Positions 1-8,749 of a stretch of 64,000 nt of DNA are shown here, piece after piece. This stretch comes from Candidatus Harrisonbacteria bacterium RIFCSPHIGHO2_02_FULL_42_16 (GTDB lineage Bacteria > Patescibacteriota > Minisyncoccia > UBA6257 > 02-FULL-45-10c): positions 4,890 to 68,889 of the forward strand of contig MHJG01000003.1 in the NCBI GenBank assembly GCA_001818695.1, in the 5' to 3' direction. The position numbers and the translations under genes are program-made. How positions within the stretch are numbered: position 1 is the first letter of the stretch; each line of letters starts with the position of its first letter. The notes beneath the pieces were generated by a model. The model was given only the letters and a program-made list of their open reading frames with translations. It was not told where the DNA came from and ran no database searches.

Positions 1-716
1 GTTCGGTGTTTCTTCTGGAAAATCTGCGTTTTCTGAAAGGCGAATCAAGAAATAGCATTGAATTGGCCGGAAAATTGGCGGGGTTAGGCGATATTTATAT
101 TAATGACGCTTTCGCGGTTTCTCACCGCCCCAATGCTTCGGTGGCCGGGATTGCCGGATTTTTACCGAGCTATGCCGGGTTGGAATTGGAAGCAGAAATT
201 AAAAATTTAAGCCGGATAATGAAAAATCCCAAAAAACCGCTTGTGATAATTCTTGGTGGAATAAAAATAAAAGATAAGTTGGGCGTTTACCGGAATTTAA
301 AAAATAAAGCGGAAACATTTTTAATCGGCGGCGCTTTAACGCCGAAAATTCTTAAATTAAAATTACCGAAAGTGGTTTGGTCTGAAGATTTTTTAAAAAA
401 GAATGGAATTATAAAAGATATCGGCAGGCGCAGTATTGCTAAATTTAAATCGGAGATTAAAAAAGCGGGCACGATAGTATGGAACGGGCCGGTTGGCGAT
501 ATTTATCAAAAACAATTCCAAAAAGGAACCGAAGAAATAGCCCGGGCCTTGGCGCGGAATAAAAAGGCGTTTACGGCGGTTGGCGGCGGAGAAACAGTAA
601 TGTTTTTAAAAAAATTGAAGCTGGACAAAAAGATGGATTTTATTTCCACCGGCGGCGGGGCGATGCTGGATTTTTTGGCGGGCAAGAAATTGCCCGGCAT
701 AGAAGCGTTAAAATGA
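1..716 (+). CDS. pgk: phosphoglycerate kinase, C-terminal portion (5' end outside window)
   Basis: ORF runs from the window edge; C-terminal PGK motifs GGGETVMF...STGGGAMLDFLAGKKLPGIEAL. Confidence 0.85.
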   Translation, partial: SVFLLENLRFLKGESRNSIELAGKLAGLGDIYINDAFAVSHRPNASVAGIAGFLPSYAGLELEAEIKNLSRIMKNPKKPLVIILGGIKIKDKLGVYRNLKNKAETFLIGGALTPKILKLKLPKVVWSEDFLKKNGIIKDIGRRSIAKFKSEIKKAGTIVWNGPVGDIYQKQFQKGTEEIARALARNKKAFTAVGGGETVMFLKKLKLDKKMDFISTGGGAMLDFLAGKKLPGIEALK

Positions 717-1897
717 AAACTTTTAAAAATACCGATAAAGCTATAAAGCGCCTGCTTTTAGCTAAAAAAAGAAACGAAAAAATCGGCATTTGGGGAGATT
801 ACGACCCGGACGGAATTCCCGGGGCTTTTATTGTATACCAGGCATTGTTAAAAGCTAGTTATAATTCTAAAAATTTAACAGTGGTTTTACCGGACCAGAA
901 AAAATATGGTCGGAGCTTTCATCCATTTTATTTAAATTTTTTGAAAAGAAAAGGGGTTAGTTTAGTTATTGGAATAGATTTTGGAGGCGGTTCTGATTTT
1001 AATTCAATTAAAATCGCAAAAGAAAAAGGATTTGACATTATTATTTTAGACCATCATCCGCCAGGACCGAAAAAGCTACCGGCAATTTTAATTAACCCCA
1101 ATCAAAAAGGAGACAGTTATCCTTTTAAAAATTGGTCTGGCGGCGGAGTGGCTTATAAGTTTTTTGAATTTTTCTATAAAACAATTGGGTTAAATCCTAA
1201 AATTTTAGAAGAATTATTAGACGCCTTTGCAATTTCCATGGTTGCGGATGGAATTAAAGAAGATGGGGTAAATGCCGGTTATTTAACCAGGGGCATTAAT
1301 CTCATTAATAAAAAAGCGCGTTTAGGCATAAAAATGCTCTTAAAAGTTTCGCAAACCAAAAAAGTTTCAAAAAAAATAATGCTTTGGGGAGAAGATATTG
1401 ATTATGTTTTACGAGCTTCCATTTACGGAAATAATCGGAGGAATAATTTATTTCAATTATTATTAAGCGAGGACTGTAAAAAAACTTTTTTGATTGCCAA
1501 AGATGTTAAAAAACGTTTAAAAGATTTTAAAAAGGCAGTTTCCAAAATTATTTTTCAAGGAATAGAAAAACATAAAAAAGAAAAGAATTTAAAAGCTTTA
1601 GTTATGATTACCAATACGAAAACTAGCCGAGCATTGGGTATGGCGGCACATAAATTGGTTGAAACCCTCAATGTCCCAGTTTTTCTTTTAAAAAGAAAGG
1701 GTAAATATTATAACGGGTCTGCTCGCGGAGGCGATAATAATAGTAATCCATTTAATGTTTTGGCGGGATTAAATTTTTCTTCAAAATTATTGATTAATTT
1801 TGGTGGACATAAAGGCGCGTCCGGTTTTCAGATTAAAAAAGAAAATATCCAAAAATTTGAAGCGGCTGTGAAAAATTATTTTTCTATATACCATTAA
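713..1897 (+). CDS. DHH/DHHA1-family phosphoesterase (NrnA/RecJ-like)
   Basis: DxD (GDYDPDG), DHH (IILDHHPPG) and C-terminal DHHA1 GGH (GGHKGASG) motifs; 394 aa is too short for a full RecJ. Confidence 0.7.
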   Translation: MKTFKNTDKAIKRLLLAKKRNEKIGIWGDYDPDGIPGAFIVYQALLKASYNSKNLTVVLPDQKKYGRSFHPFYLNFLKRKGVSLVIGIDFGGGSDFNSIKIAKEKGFDIIILDHHPPGPKKLPAILINPNQKGDSYPFKNWSGGGVAYKFFEFFYKTIGLNPKILEELLDAFAISMVADGIKEDGVNAGYLTRGINLINKKARLGIKMLLKVSQTKKVSKKIMLWGEDIDYVLRASIYGNNRRNNLFQLLLSEDCKKTFLIAKDVKKRLKDFKKAVSKIIFQGIEKHKKEKNLKALVMITNTKTSRALGMAAHKLVETLNVPVFLLKRKGKYYNGSARGGDNNSNPFNVLAGLNFSSKLLINFGGHKGASGFQIKKENIQKFEAAVKNYFSIYH

Positions 1898-1929
1898 GCA
1901 TTCGCACTCCCCGTTGGGGAAAATAATTT

Positions 1930-2595
1930 ATGAAGCTCAATTCAAGAAAATATATAAAAATTCATAATCAGGAAAAAATCGGCAAGCACCGCCATTACGC
2001 TTATTTTTTGCCGAAGAATAATCAAGACGGAGTTTGCGATTCCTGGGAAGAATGCGCTAAAAAAGTTATCGGCGTAACTGGCGCCCGTTATCGCGGATTT
2101 TCGGATATTAAATCTGCGGAATACTGGTTGAAACAAGGCGCTGTTTATCAGGAAAGCCGGCAAAGGGAAAAGCCGAATTTATTGCCCGGTATTTATTTTG
2201 ATGCCGGAACCGGCCGGGGGCAAGGAGTGGAAATCAGCGTTACTAATGAAAAAGGGGAGAATTTATTAAATAAAGTTATGCCCCGCAAAAAAATCAACCG
2301 GCACGAAAAACATTTAATTTTAAAACCGGTAACTAATAACTACGGAGAATTGCTGGCTTTGAGTTATGCCTTAAAATTAGCCGTTAAAACCGGAATTAAG
2401 AGGATTTTTGGGGATAGCCGGCTGATTATTGATTATTGGTCTCAAGGAAAAATCCGGCGCGCTCAAGTGGAATCCGCGACAGTCCGTTTAGCGGAAAATA
2501 CGCGTAAATTAAGAATATCTTTTGAAAAATCAGGCGGAAAAGTGGAGTATGTTTCCGGAGACGACAACCCGGCGGATTTGGGGTTTCATCGGTAG
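1930..2595 (+). CDS. rnhA: ribonuclease HI with N-terminal hybrid-binding (Cauli_VI-like) domain
   Basis: C-terminal RNase H fold motifs (YFDAGTGRG, NNYGELLAL, GDSRLIIDYW, GDDNPADL). N-terminal YAYF...GVCDSWEEC...SAEYWL resembles the eukaryotic-type RNase H1 hybrid-binding domain. Confidence 0.65.
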   Translation: MKLNSRKYIKIHNQEKIGKHRHYAYFLPKNNQDGVCDSWEECAKKVIGVTGARYRGFSDIKSAEYWLKQGAVYQESRQREKPNLLPGIYFDAGTGRGQGVEISVTNEKGENLLNKVMPRKKINRHEKHLILKPVTNNYGELLALSYALKLAVKTGIKRIFGDSRLIIDYWSQGKIRRAQVESATVRLAENTRKLRISFEKSGGKVEYVSGDDNPADLGFHR

Positions 2596-2600
2596 GGTAC

Positions 2601-2737
2601 TTGTTTTTTGTATTTGGATATGCTATACTATATATAGTGAGTGAGGATTTCAATTCCTCAGCGACGATATCGACTAAGGAATTAAAACCCCTTCGCTATT
2701 TGTAGCCAAAAACCCCGCAAGGGGTTTTTGGTTTTTA
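2601..2737 (+). ncRNA. candidate small RNA (promoter-like TTGTTT-17nt-TATACT at 2601-2629; ~100-nt transcript ending in an intrinsic terminator)
   Basis: No ORF; internal hairpins (gaggatttcaattcctc; cgatatcg palindrome); ends in cccc-gcaa-gggg hairpin plus T-run. Confidence 0.3.
2711..2737 (+). terminator. rho-independent terminator
   Basis: aaccccgcaaggggtt hairpin followed by tttttggttttt. Confidence 0.6.
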
Positions 2738-2831
2738 TGCACTTGTCGCATTTTACTTTTCACTTTATAATATATTTGAGTGGTAGGAGAGCACTCACTA
2801 AATACAAATAGCATTTTGGAGGTCACCACTA

Positions 2832-2887
2832 CCACTCATCCAAATACATCAAGTTTTGGCGTTTTTGGATGAGTGGTATTTTAATTT
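2832..2887 (+). promoter_or_regulatory. hpf leader hairpin (perfect 13-bp stem) followed by a U-run, abutting the start codon
   Basis: ccactcatccaaa...tttggatgagtgg then tatttta, 11 nt before the hpf ATG; terminator/attenuator-like; a TATAAT-like box lies ~100 nt upstream. Confidence 0.35.
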
Positions 2888-3214
2888 ATGCGTTTTACTA
2901 TAAAATCAACCGGTTTTGAATTGACGCCGGCATTACAGCAGGAATTGGAGAAAAAATTTATCGGTTTTGATAAATATCTTAAACGTTGGGATAAAGACGG
3001 CGCGGCGCTTTTGGAAATTGAAGTGGCGAAAACCACTAATCATCACAATAAGGGGCAGATATTTTATGCGGAAGCTAATTTACAGCTTCCGAACATAAAG
3101 TTAATAAGAATTGAAGAAAATAGCGATACCCCGCATTCCGCGATTGACGGATTAAGAAATCGATTGAAAAAAGATATTTTACGCCTAAAGGGCAAACTGG
3201 CAAAACGCCGCTAA
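2888..3214 (+). CDS. hpf: ribosome hibernation promoting factor (short HPF/RaiA family)
   Basis: 108 aa; MRFTIKSTGFELTPALQ...FIGFDK matches the sigma-54 modulation / YfiA family. Confidence 0.8.
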   Translation: MRFTIKSTGFELTPALQQELEKKFIGFDKYLKRWDKDGAALLEIEVAKTTNHHNKGQIFYAEANLQLPNIKLIRIEENSDTPHSAIDGLRNRLKKDILRLKGKLAKRR

Positions 3215-3250
3215 ATTATTTATAATAAGAGCACTCTTATTCATATTGAT

Positions 3251-5623
3251 ATGAGCATGCTTAATTTTTTATTTGACCCGGCAAAAAAATTGAAAAAACG
3301 GGTAGCCGAGATTAATGCTTTAGAAAAAGAAATCACCGTTTTAAATGACAGCCAGCTTAAAGAGGAAAGTAAGAAACTGCAGGAACAAGCCAGAAATGGA
3401 ATTTCATTAGACGATTTATTGCCTAAGGCCTTTGCTTTGGCGAGAGAGGCGGCGAAAAGAACTCTTGGTCAGCGGCATTTTGACGTCCAGTTGATGGGCG
3501 GTATTGTTTTGCATCAGGGGAAAATCGCGGAAATGGCGACCGGCGAAGGAAAAACTTTGGCTTCCACCGCGCCGATTTATTTGAACGCTTTGGAAGGTAA
3601 GGGCGCGCACGTGGTAACCGTAAATGAATATCTTGCGAAAAGAGATGCAGTTTGGATGGGACAGATTTATCACGCGCTTGGATTAAGCGTGGCTTGCCTG
3701 GTGCATGAAGGCGCGTTGCTGTATGACCCGGCCCATATTGTTTTTGATGCCGAAAAGCTCGTGGACAAGGAACGTGATGTTACCGGAAGTTACCTGGTTC
3801 AAGAAGAATATCTCCGGCCTATTTCCAGGCAAGACGCTTATTTCGCGGATATTACTTACGGTACCAATCATGAATTTGGATTTGATTATTTAAGGGATAA
3901 TTTGGCGCATTCAAAAGATTCGCAAACGCAGAAAAATAAGCGCAATTTTGCCGTTGTTGACGAGATTGACAGTATTTTAATTGACGAAGCGAGAACGCCG
4001 CTAATTATTTCCGCGCCGGATGCCGAATCCAGTGATGCTTATAGGGCATTTTCCCGAATCGCGGCGGCGCTTAAAAAAGACGAGGATTATCTGGTGGATG
4101 AAAAATTTCACTCGGTTGATATCACCGAATCCGGCATTGATAAGGTGGAAAAAGCGCTGAAAATAAAAAATATTTACGGGCCGGAACATTCCCGGCTGAC
4201 GCATTATCTTCAGGAAAGTTTGAAAGCCCAGGCGCTTTTCAAGCGGGATAAGGACTATGTAGCCCAAAATAATGAAATTATAATCGTTGACCAGAACACC
4301 GGCCGGCTGATGCTTGGCCGGCGGTATTCCGGAGGTTTGCATCAGGCGATTGAGGCCAAAGAAGGCGTTCGGGTCCAGCAGGAATCCCGCACCTACGCCC
4401 AAATTACCATTCAGAATTATTTCCGGCTTTATAAAAAATTGGCGGGAATGACCGGTACGGCGCAGACCTCTGCGGAAGAATTTGATAAGGTGTACGATTT
4501 GCCGGTTGTTAGCATACCTACCAATAAGCCGCTGGCGCGCCAGGACCTGCCGGACTTGATTTATAAAAATCAAGACGCGAAATACCGCGCGGTTGCCGAA
4601 GACATTAAGAAAAGGCAAAAAGCCGGCCAGCCGGTGCTGGTAGGCACGATTTCTATTGAAAAAAATGAATTATTGTCGCGCTATTTGAATAGCGTCGGCG
4701 TGAAGCATGAAATTTTGAATGCTAAAAACCACGCGCGGGAAGGGGAAATTATCGCCCAAGCCGGAAAAGCGGGCGCGGTAACGCTGGCCACCAATATGGC
4801 GGGGAGGGGAGTGGATATTGTATTGGGAGGAAACCCACAGGATATTTTAGAAAGCGAAAAAGTGAAAAATCTCGGCGGTTTGCACGTGATTGGCACAGAA
4901 CGGCACGATGCCCGTCGCATAGATAATCAGCTTCGCGGCCGTTCCGGCCGGCAGGGCGATCCCGGGCTGTCCCAATTCTTTTTATCCTTAGAAGACGATT
5001 TAATGCGGATTTTTGGCGGAGACAAAATTAAAAATTTAATGGAGCGGTTGGATGTTCCGGAAGATATGCCGATTGAATCTGGATTTGTTTCTAAGGCGGT
5101 TTCTCAGGCGCAATCTCGCGTGGAAGGATTTAATTTTGACGCCCGCAAGCATCTGCTGGATTATGACGATATTTTAAATAAACAGCGTGTTACTATTTAT
5201 GAAAAACGGCAGAAATTCTTGGAAGAAAATTCCGCGCCGCAAATTTTATCCGCTTTGGATATGCTTTGGATGAATCATCTGGAAAATATGGAAGCGTTGC
5301 GGGAATCGGTGCGTCTGCGCGCTTACGGCCAGCATGAACCGTTAGTAGAATATCGGCGGGAAGGGCACCTATTGTTCCAGCAACTGTTAGCGGATTTTGA
5401 TAAATGGTTAAGCGAAAATAAAGAGAATTTACAAAAAAATTTAAATGATAAAGTTCAAATGTCAAATCGAGCCAAAAATTCTAATGACCAAGTTATTAGA
5501 AATTTGCCATTAGGAATCAGCAATTTTCAATCTGGCAAGATTGGAAGAAATGACCCTTGTCCGTGCGGAGCGAAGGATAGTGGGGGACATTCTATTAAAT
5601 ACAAACGTTGTCATGGTAGCTAA
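3251..5623 (+). CDS. secA: preprotein translocase ATPase SecA
   Basis: 790 aa; Walker A MATGEGKT, DEAD-like DEIDSILIDEARTPLIIS, C-terminal zinc motif CPCGAKDSGGHSIKYKRCHG. Confidence 0.95.
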   Translation: MSMLNFLFDPAKKLKKRVAEINALEKEITVLNDSQLKEESKKLQEQARNGISLDDLLPKAFALAREAAKRTLGQRHFDVQLMGGIVLHQGKIAEMATGEGKTLASTAPIYLNALEGKGAHVVTVNEYLAKRDAVWMGQIYHALGLSVACLVHEGALLYDPAHIVFDAEKLVDKERDVTGSYLVQEEYLRPISRQDAYFADITYGTNHEFGFDYLRDNLAHSKDSQTQKNKRNFAVVDEIDSILIDEARTPLIISAPDAESSDAYRAFSRIAAALKKDEDYLVDEKFHSVDITESGIDKVEKALKIKNIYGPEHSRLTHYLQESLKAQALFKRDKDYVAQNNEIIIVDQNTGRLMLGRRYSGGLHQAIEAKEGVRVQQESRTYAQITIQNYFRLYKKLAGMTGTAQTSAEEFDKVYDLPVVSIPTNKPLARQDLPDLIYKNQDAKYRAVAEDIKKRQKAGQPVLVGTISIEKNELLSRYLNSVGVKHEILNAKNHAREGEIIAQAGKAGAVTLATNMAGRGVDIVLGGNPQDILESEKVKNLGGLHVIGTERHDARRIDNQLRGRSGRQGDPGLSQFFLSLEDDLMRIFGGDKIKNLMERLDVPEDMPIESGFVSKAVSQAQSRVEGFNFDARKHLLDYDDILNKQRVTIYEKRQKFLEENSAPQILSALDMLWMNHLENMEALRESVRLRAYGQHEPLVEYRREGHLLFQQLLADFDKWLSENKENLQKNLNDKVQMSNRAKNSNDQVIRNLPLGISNFQSGKIGRNDPCPCGAKDSGGHSIKYKRCHGS

Positions 5624-5639
5624 AATGATATTATTGAAA

Positions 5640-5940
5640 GATAAAGCGAAGTCCCGCCAAAGCTTTAGCGACGGCGGACGGGAGCAGGAAAAAATATAAA
5701 AGGTGTCACATGATGCAGGGATAAAAAAAGGCCCCATCGCCGTAGCAATAGGGGAAGAACTGTGTGGGGTGACGGGATTGGTACCCGCACCTCTCGGCTT
5801 ATCCGGTTTTTTTCTAGGAGTCGTTGCTCCACCGAGCGCTCTGCATCCGAGCCGCACCCCACACATTGTCAATAGTATAGCAAATCCACAGAATCTGTCA
5901 ATAGCTAAAAAATGGCTTAAAATAAGGATAAATTAGCCCC
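5640..5940 (+). other. locally GC-rich, probably structured non-coding element downstream of secA
   Basis: GC content far above surroundings; complementary segments (ggggaagaactgtgtgggg / ccccacacattgtc; cgggattggtacccg); the overlapping ORFs are low-complexity and lack an RBS. Confidence 0.3.
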
Positions 5941-6037
5941 GTGGCATTTAGCAAATTTCAAGAAGTAACAAAAGTGTCATGGGGCGTAGGGATAAGAAAA
6001 AAGCCCCGTTTGGTAAACGAGGCTACGGGCAATGATC

Positions 6038-6241
6038 TTAATCGGTTGAGTGTGGGCAAGACACGGCCAGACCCATAATTAGTCGGAAATGCTCACAGCA
6101 GACATAAGCAGTAAGATTATGCCTGACGGGATTTGGATCATCTGACATGATTTCTTCGCCGACTTTATGGGTAGCGGGGATTTTACAGATCGAGCAATAT
6201 TCGCCCAGACAAGAAGCAGAAACGAAATGTGCCATAGCCAT
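6038..6241 (-). CDS. small Cys-rich protein with HNH-like zinc-finger motif
   Basis: Strong GGAGG upstream of ATGGCTATG; CSIC...TH...DDPNPVRHNL...VCCEH resembles an HNH CxxC/H/N/CxxC-H arrangement. Confidence 0.35.
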   Translation of the reverse strand: MAMAHFVSASCLGEYCSICKIPATHKVGEEIMSDDPNPVRHNLTAYVCCEHFRLIMGLAVSCPHSTD

Positions 6242-6362
6242 CCTCCCTATATGATATTGAAAGGTCTGGATTTAATATGGCAAATCCATGTGTATTAGTC
6301 AATAAGCTACTAAAAGTGTCATTGGAAATAAGGTAATTATTTGCTAAAATTAAATTATTATA

Positions 6363-6716
6363 ATGTCTATAAAAATTATTAAAGATAATATCAGTATTGC
6401 CGAACTTAAGGAAATAGCTAAAGAAGAATTCGGCGATGTAATAAAAGCAGTCGTGGATGTAGAACAAGAGATTATGGCGGTGGGCGGCGAGCTTCATGCG
6501 GACGAAGAGGTATTGCTCATGGATAATAAAGGTTCTTTGCGCGAGAATACTTGGGGAATCAATCTTTACCTGGAAAAATCAGGAGATGATTTTATTGAGT
6601 TTGATTCTATGGTTAATATTAAACCGGCTTTCGGAAATCGCTCGCGAGGAGTGGAAAATGAGGAAATTCGGGAAAAAATCAAGAAAATAGTTAAAAAAAT
6701 AGTCCCTCACCCTTGA
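6363..6716 (+). CDS. hypothetical protein (DUF5674-like, from memory)
   Basis: 117 aa; IKDNISIAELKEIAKEEFGDVIKAVVDVEQEIMAVGGELHADEE... The 3' end (PHP stop) is encoded by the left arm of an inverted repeat. Confidence 0.5.
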   Translation: MSIKIIKDNISIAELKEIAKEEFGDVIKAVVDVEQEIMAVGGELHADEEVLLMDNKGSLRENTWGINLYLEKSGDDFIEFDSMVNIKPAFGNRSRGVENEEIREKIKKIVKKIVPHP

Positions 6717-7125
6717 AGCATTGATCCCTCACCCTTAAAGGATAGATATTTATAAAAATTTATGTGTATTTATAGTGAGTGTATGAAAATCAGTCGAAGT
6801 ATTAATCAGCGGAGCATTGTATTTGCTTTCGCAATCCTTTAAGGGTGAGGGATGGATTATGTTTTGCGTCTATATATTAAGGTCAAAATTAGACAAAAGC
6901 TTTTATATCGGTTTTGCTGAAAATTTAAAAGAAAGATTAGCAAAACATAATAAAGGCCTGGTATTATCAACTAAAAATCTGCGGCCTATGGAATTAATCT
7001 ACGCTGAAGCGTATAAATCTAAAAAAGACGCTCTTATTCGTGAAAAACGGCTGAAGCAATTTGCTAAGGGCTTTGCCTCTCTAAAGGGACGACTTAAATA
7101 TTCCTTGATGCTTCAAGGGTGAGGG
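6704..7125. repeat. nested perfect inverted repeats enclosing the GIY-YIG gene
   Basis: Outer pair ccctcacccttgaag (6704-6718) / cttcaagggtgaggg (7111-7125). Inner pair tccctcacccttaaagga (6724-6741) / tcctttaagggtgaggga (6835-6852). Confidence 0.65.
6859..7122 (+). CDS. GIY-YIG nuclease family protein
   Basis: MFCVYILRS...KSFYIGFAENLKERLAKHNKG is a canonical GIY-YIG domain. Start chosen at the in-frame ATG 8 nt after GGTGAGGG; the ORF-track start at 6817 lies inside the repeat. Confidence 0.7.
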   Translation: MFCVYILRSKLDKSFYIGFAENLKERLAKHNKGLVLSTKNLRPMELIYAEAYKSKKDALIREKRLKQFAKGFASLKGRLKYSLMLQG

Positions 7126-7458
7126 ATGAGAAATTTTATTCATAAGGAGTTATCAGCTGGCGGGTGGCAGAAACTTTCTTTAAAAGAACAGTTGGGAAAT
7201 ATTGGCAGCGAGGTCTCGCGGGCGGCGCGGTGGCGGGGCAAAGATGAAAAATTATTTTGGGGGGCGGTGGAGCGGGGATTGGAACTTTTTGATTTAACGC
7301 TGGCGGATTCACGCTGGAAAGGGCGGCGTTGGGAAATTGCCCGCGCTCGCGAGGTATTTTGCGACGCAGTTTATGGAGGGAAGCTTTATAAAAGTTCATT
7401 GACGGAATTGATTCCGTATTTTGACCTATTTGCTTTAGCCGTTAAGCAAAAAATATAA
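7126..7458 (+). CDS. hypothetical protein, possibly a degenerate MazG-like all-alpha NTP-PPase fold
   Basis: LKEQLGNIGSEVSRAARW and LFWGAVERGLELFDLTLA loosely resemble the two MazG EExxE helices but lack the acidic residues. ATG is embedded in the GGTGAGGGATG repeat arm. Confidence 0.35.
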   Translation: MRNFIHKELSAGGWQKLSLKEQLGNIGSEVSRAARWRGKDEKLFWGAVERGLELFDLTLADSRWKGRRWEIARAREVFCDAVYGGKLYKSSLTELIPYFDLFALAVKQKI

Positions 7459-7466
7459 AAAATGTC

Positions 7467-8249
7467 ATGGAAAATAAAAATATAAAACTTATTTCTTTAA
7501 ATACTTGGGCGGGCAGAGCATTGTACCCGCTGATGCATTTTTTTAGAAAATGGAAAGAAGATGTCGATATTTTTTGTCTTCAGGAGGTGCAAAATATTGA
7601 CCAAAGAATCGCGGATGAACGGCATCCTGACGAGCATATTTGCGGACCGCTTTTTGATAAAATTTCATCGGAACTAAAAGATTTTGAGGGGTCATTTGCA
7701 TTTTTTGACGATGATGCGCGGCGCATGAGCTTGGCTGTATTTATAAGGCGGGGATTGCCAGTAAAAACCGTAGAGGATTTTATCGTGTATAAGCCCGAAC
7801 AACCGAAAGAAACGGGCAGTAGGATGTTAACTTCCCGTAAATTGCAATATATAACATTAGATTTAAATGGCAGAAAGCTTATTGTCATAAATTATCATGG
7901 ATTATGGAATGGCGGCCCAAAAATAGACACTCCCGAGCGCATAGAGCAATCTAATAAAGTTAGCGAGTTTTTGAATAAATTTAACAGCTCTAAAATTTTA
8001 TGCGGGGATTTTAATATTTTGCCGAACACGCAATCTATTAAAATATTAGAAAAAGGGATGCGTAATCTTATAAAAGAATACAATATTAGTTCTACGCGAA
8101 CTCCTCTTTATAGGCATTATGAAAATTCTGATGAGCCCAATTTTGCGGATTATATATTATTAACGGATGATATCCATGTGAAAGATTTCAGAATTTTACC
8201 TGATATTGTTTCAGACCATTCGCCGCTATATTTAGAATTTTCTTTTTAA
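7467..8249 (+). CDS. endonuclease/exonuclease/phosphatase (EEP) family protein
   Basis: SLNTW, CLQEV, GDFN, SDHSPL motifs in EEP order. Confidence 0.75.
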   Translation: MENKNIKLISLNTWAGRALYPLMHFFRKWKEDVDIFCLQEVQNIDQRIADERHPDEHICGPLFDKISSELKDFEGSFAFFDDDARRMSLAVFIRRGLPVKTVEDFIVYKPEQPKETGSRMLTSRKLQYITLDLNGRKLIVINYHGLWNGGPKIDTPERIEQSNKVSEFLNKFNSSKILCGDFNILPNTQSIKILEKGMRNLIKEYNISSTRTPLYRHYENSDEPNFADYILLTDDIHVKDFRILPDIVSDHSPLYLEFSF

Positions 8250-8270
8250 TGCGGCGTATTAGGAAATGTC

Positions 8271-8694
8271 ATGGAAAATAAAAAAGAATATCCGAAAACT
8301 GGAATAGCGGTGATGGTTATAAAAGAAAGCAAGGTGTTGCTTGGCAAGCGCAAGAACGCGCATGGGGCGGGCGATTATGCTTTTCCTGGCGGGAAGATTA
8401 GAGTGGTGGGAGTCCTTTAAAGAATGCGCGAAAAGAGAGACGATGGAAGAAACAGGCATAGAGATTCAGAATATCAGATTTCTTCGCCTCCTGAATTTCA
8501 AATTTTATGATAAACATTTTATTGATGTGGGTGTTGTCGTTGATTGGAAAAATGGAGAACCGAGGGTATTAGAACCGGAAAAATGCGAAGGATGGGATTG
8601 GTATGATATTGATAATTTGCCCAGTCCTTTATATAAAGGATGCGTTAGCGCTATTGAGGCGTTTAAGACAGGTAAAAATTATTTTGATGCATAA
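8271..8694 (+). pseudogene. NUDIX hydrolase disrupted by a +1 frameshift inside the Nudix box
   Basis: Frame A gives MENKKEYPKTGIAVMVIKESKVLLGKRKNAHGAGDYAFPGGK then stops at 8418. Frame B continues LEWWESFKECAKRETMEETGIE. Joining the two recreates GX5EX7REUXEEXGU. Confidence 0.6.
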
Positions 8695-8715
8695 GGTAGA
8701 GAGGGGAAATAAAAA

Positions 8716-8738
8716 AAGTCGGCTGTATTTGCCGACTT
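8716..8738 (-). terminator. intrinsic terminator for the minus-strand gene 8750-9148
   Basis: aagtcggc-tgtattt-gccgactt hairpin with T-run on the minus strand (plus-strand aaaaaaa at 8709-8715). Confidence 0.5.
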
Positions 8739-8749
8739 AAAAACAATAT

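Noticed and set aside
4001-4920. Minus-strand ORFs (205 aa, 79 aa and others) inside secA
   Set aside because: They are antisense to a confidently identified long gene, have no RBS, and have low-complexity composition.
5703-5936. 77-aa plus-strand ORF and overlapping minus ORFs downstream of secA
   Set aside because: The region is GC-rich and low-complexity, there is no RBS, and its pattern of complementary segments suggests non-coding structure.
6817-6858. Upstream Met start for the GIY-YIG ORF
   Set aside because: The extension lies inside the inverted-repeat arm. The ATG at 6859 has GGTGAGGG at SD distance, and the GIY-YIG domain starts right there.
8341-8343. TTG 'start' of the 117-aa ORF
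   Set aside because: It is not an independent gene but the downstream frame of the frameshifted NUDIX gene.
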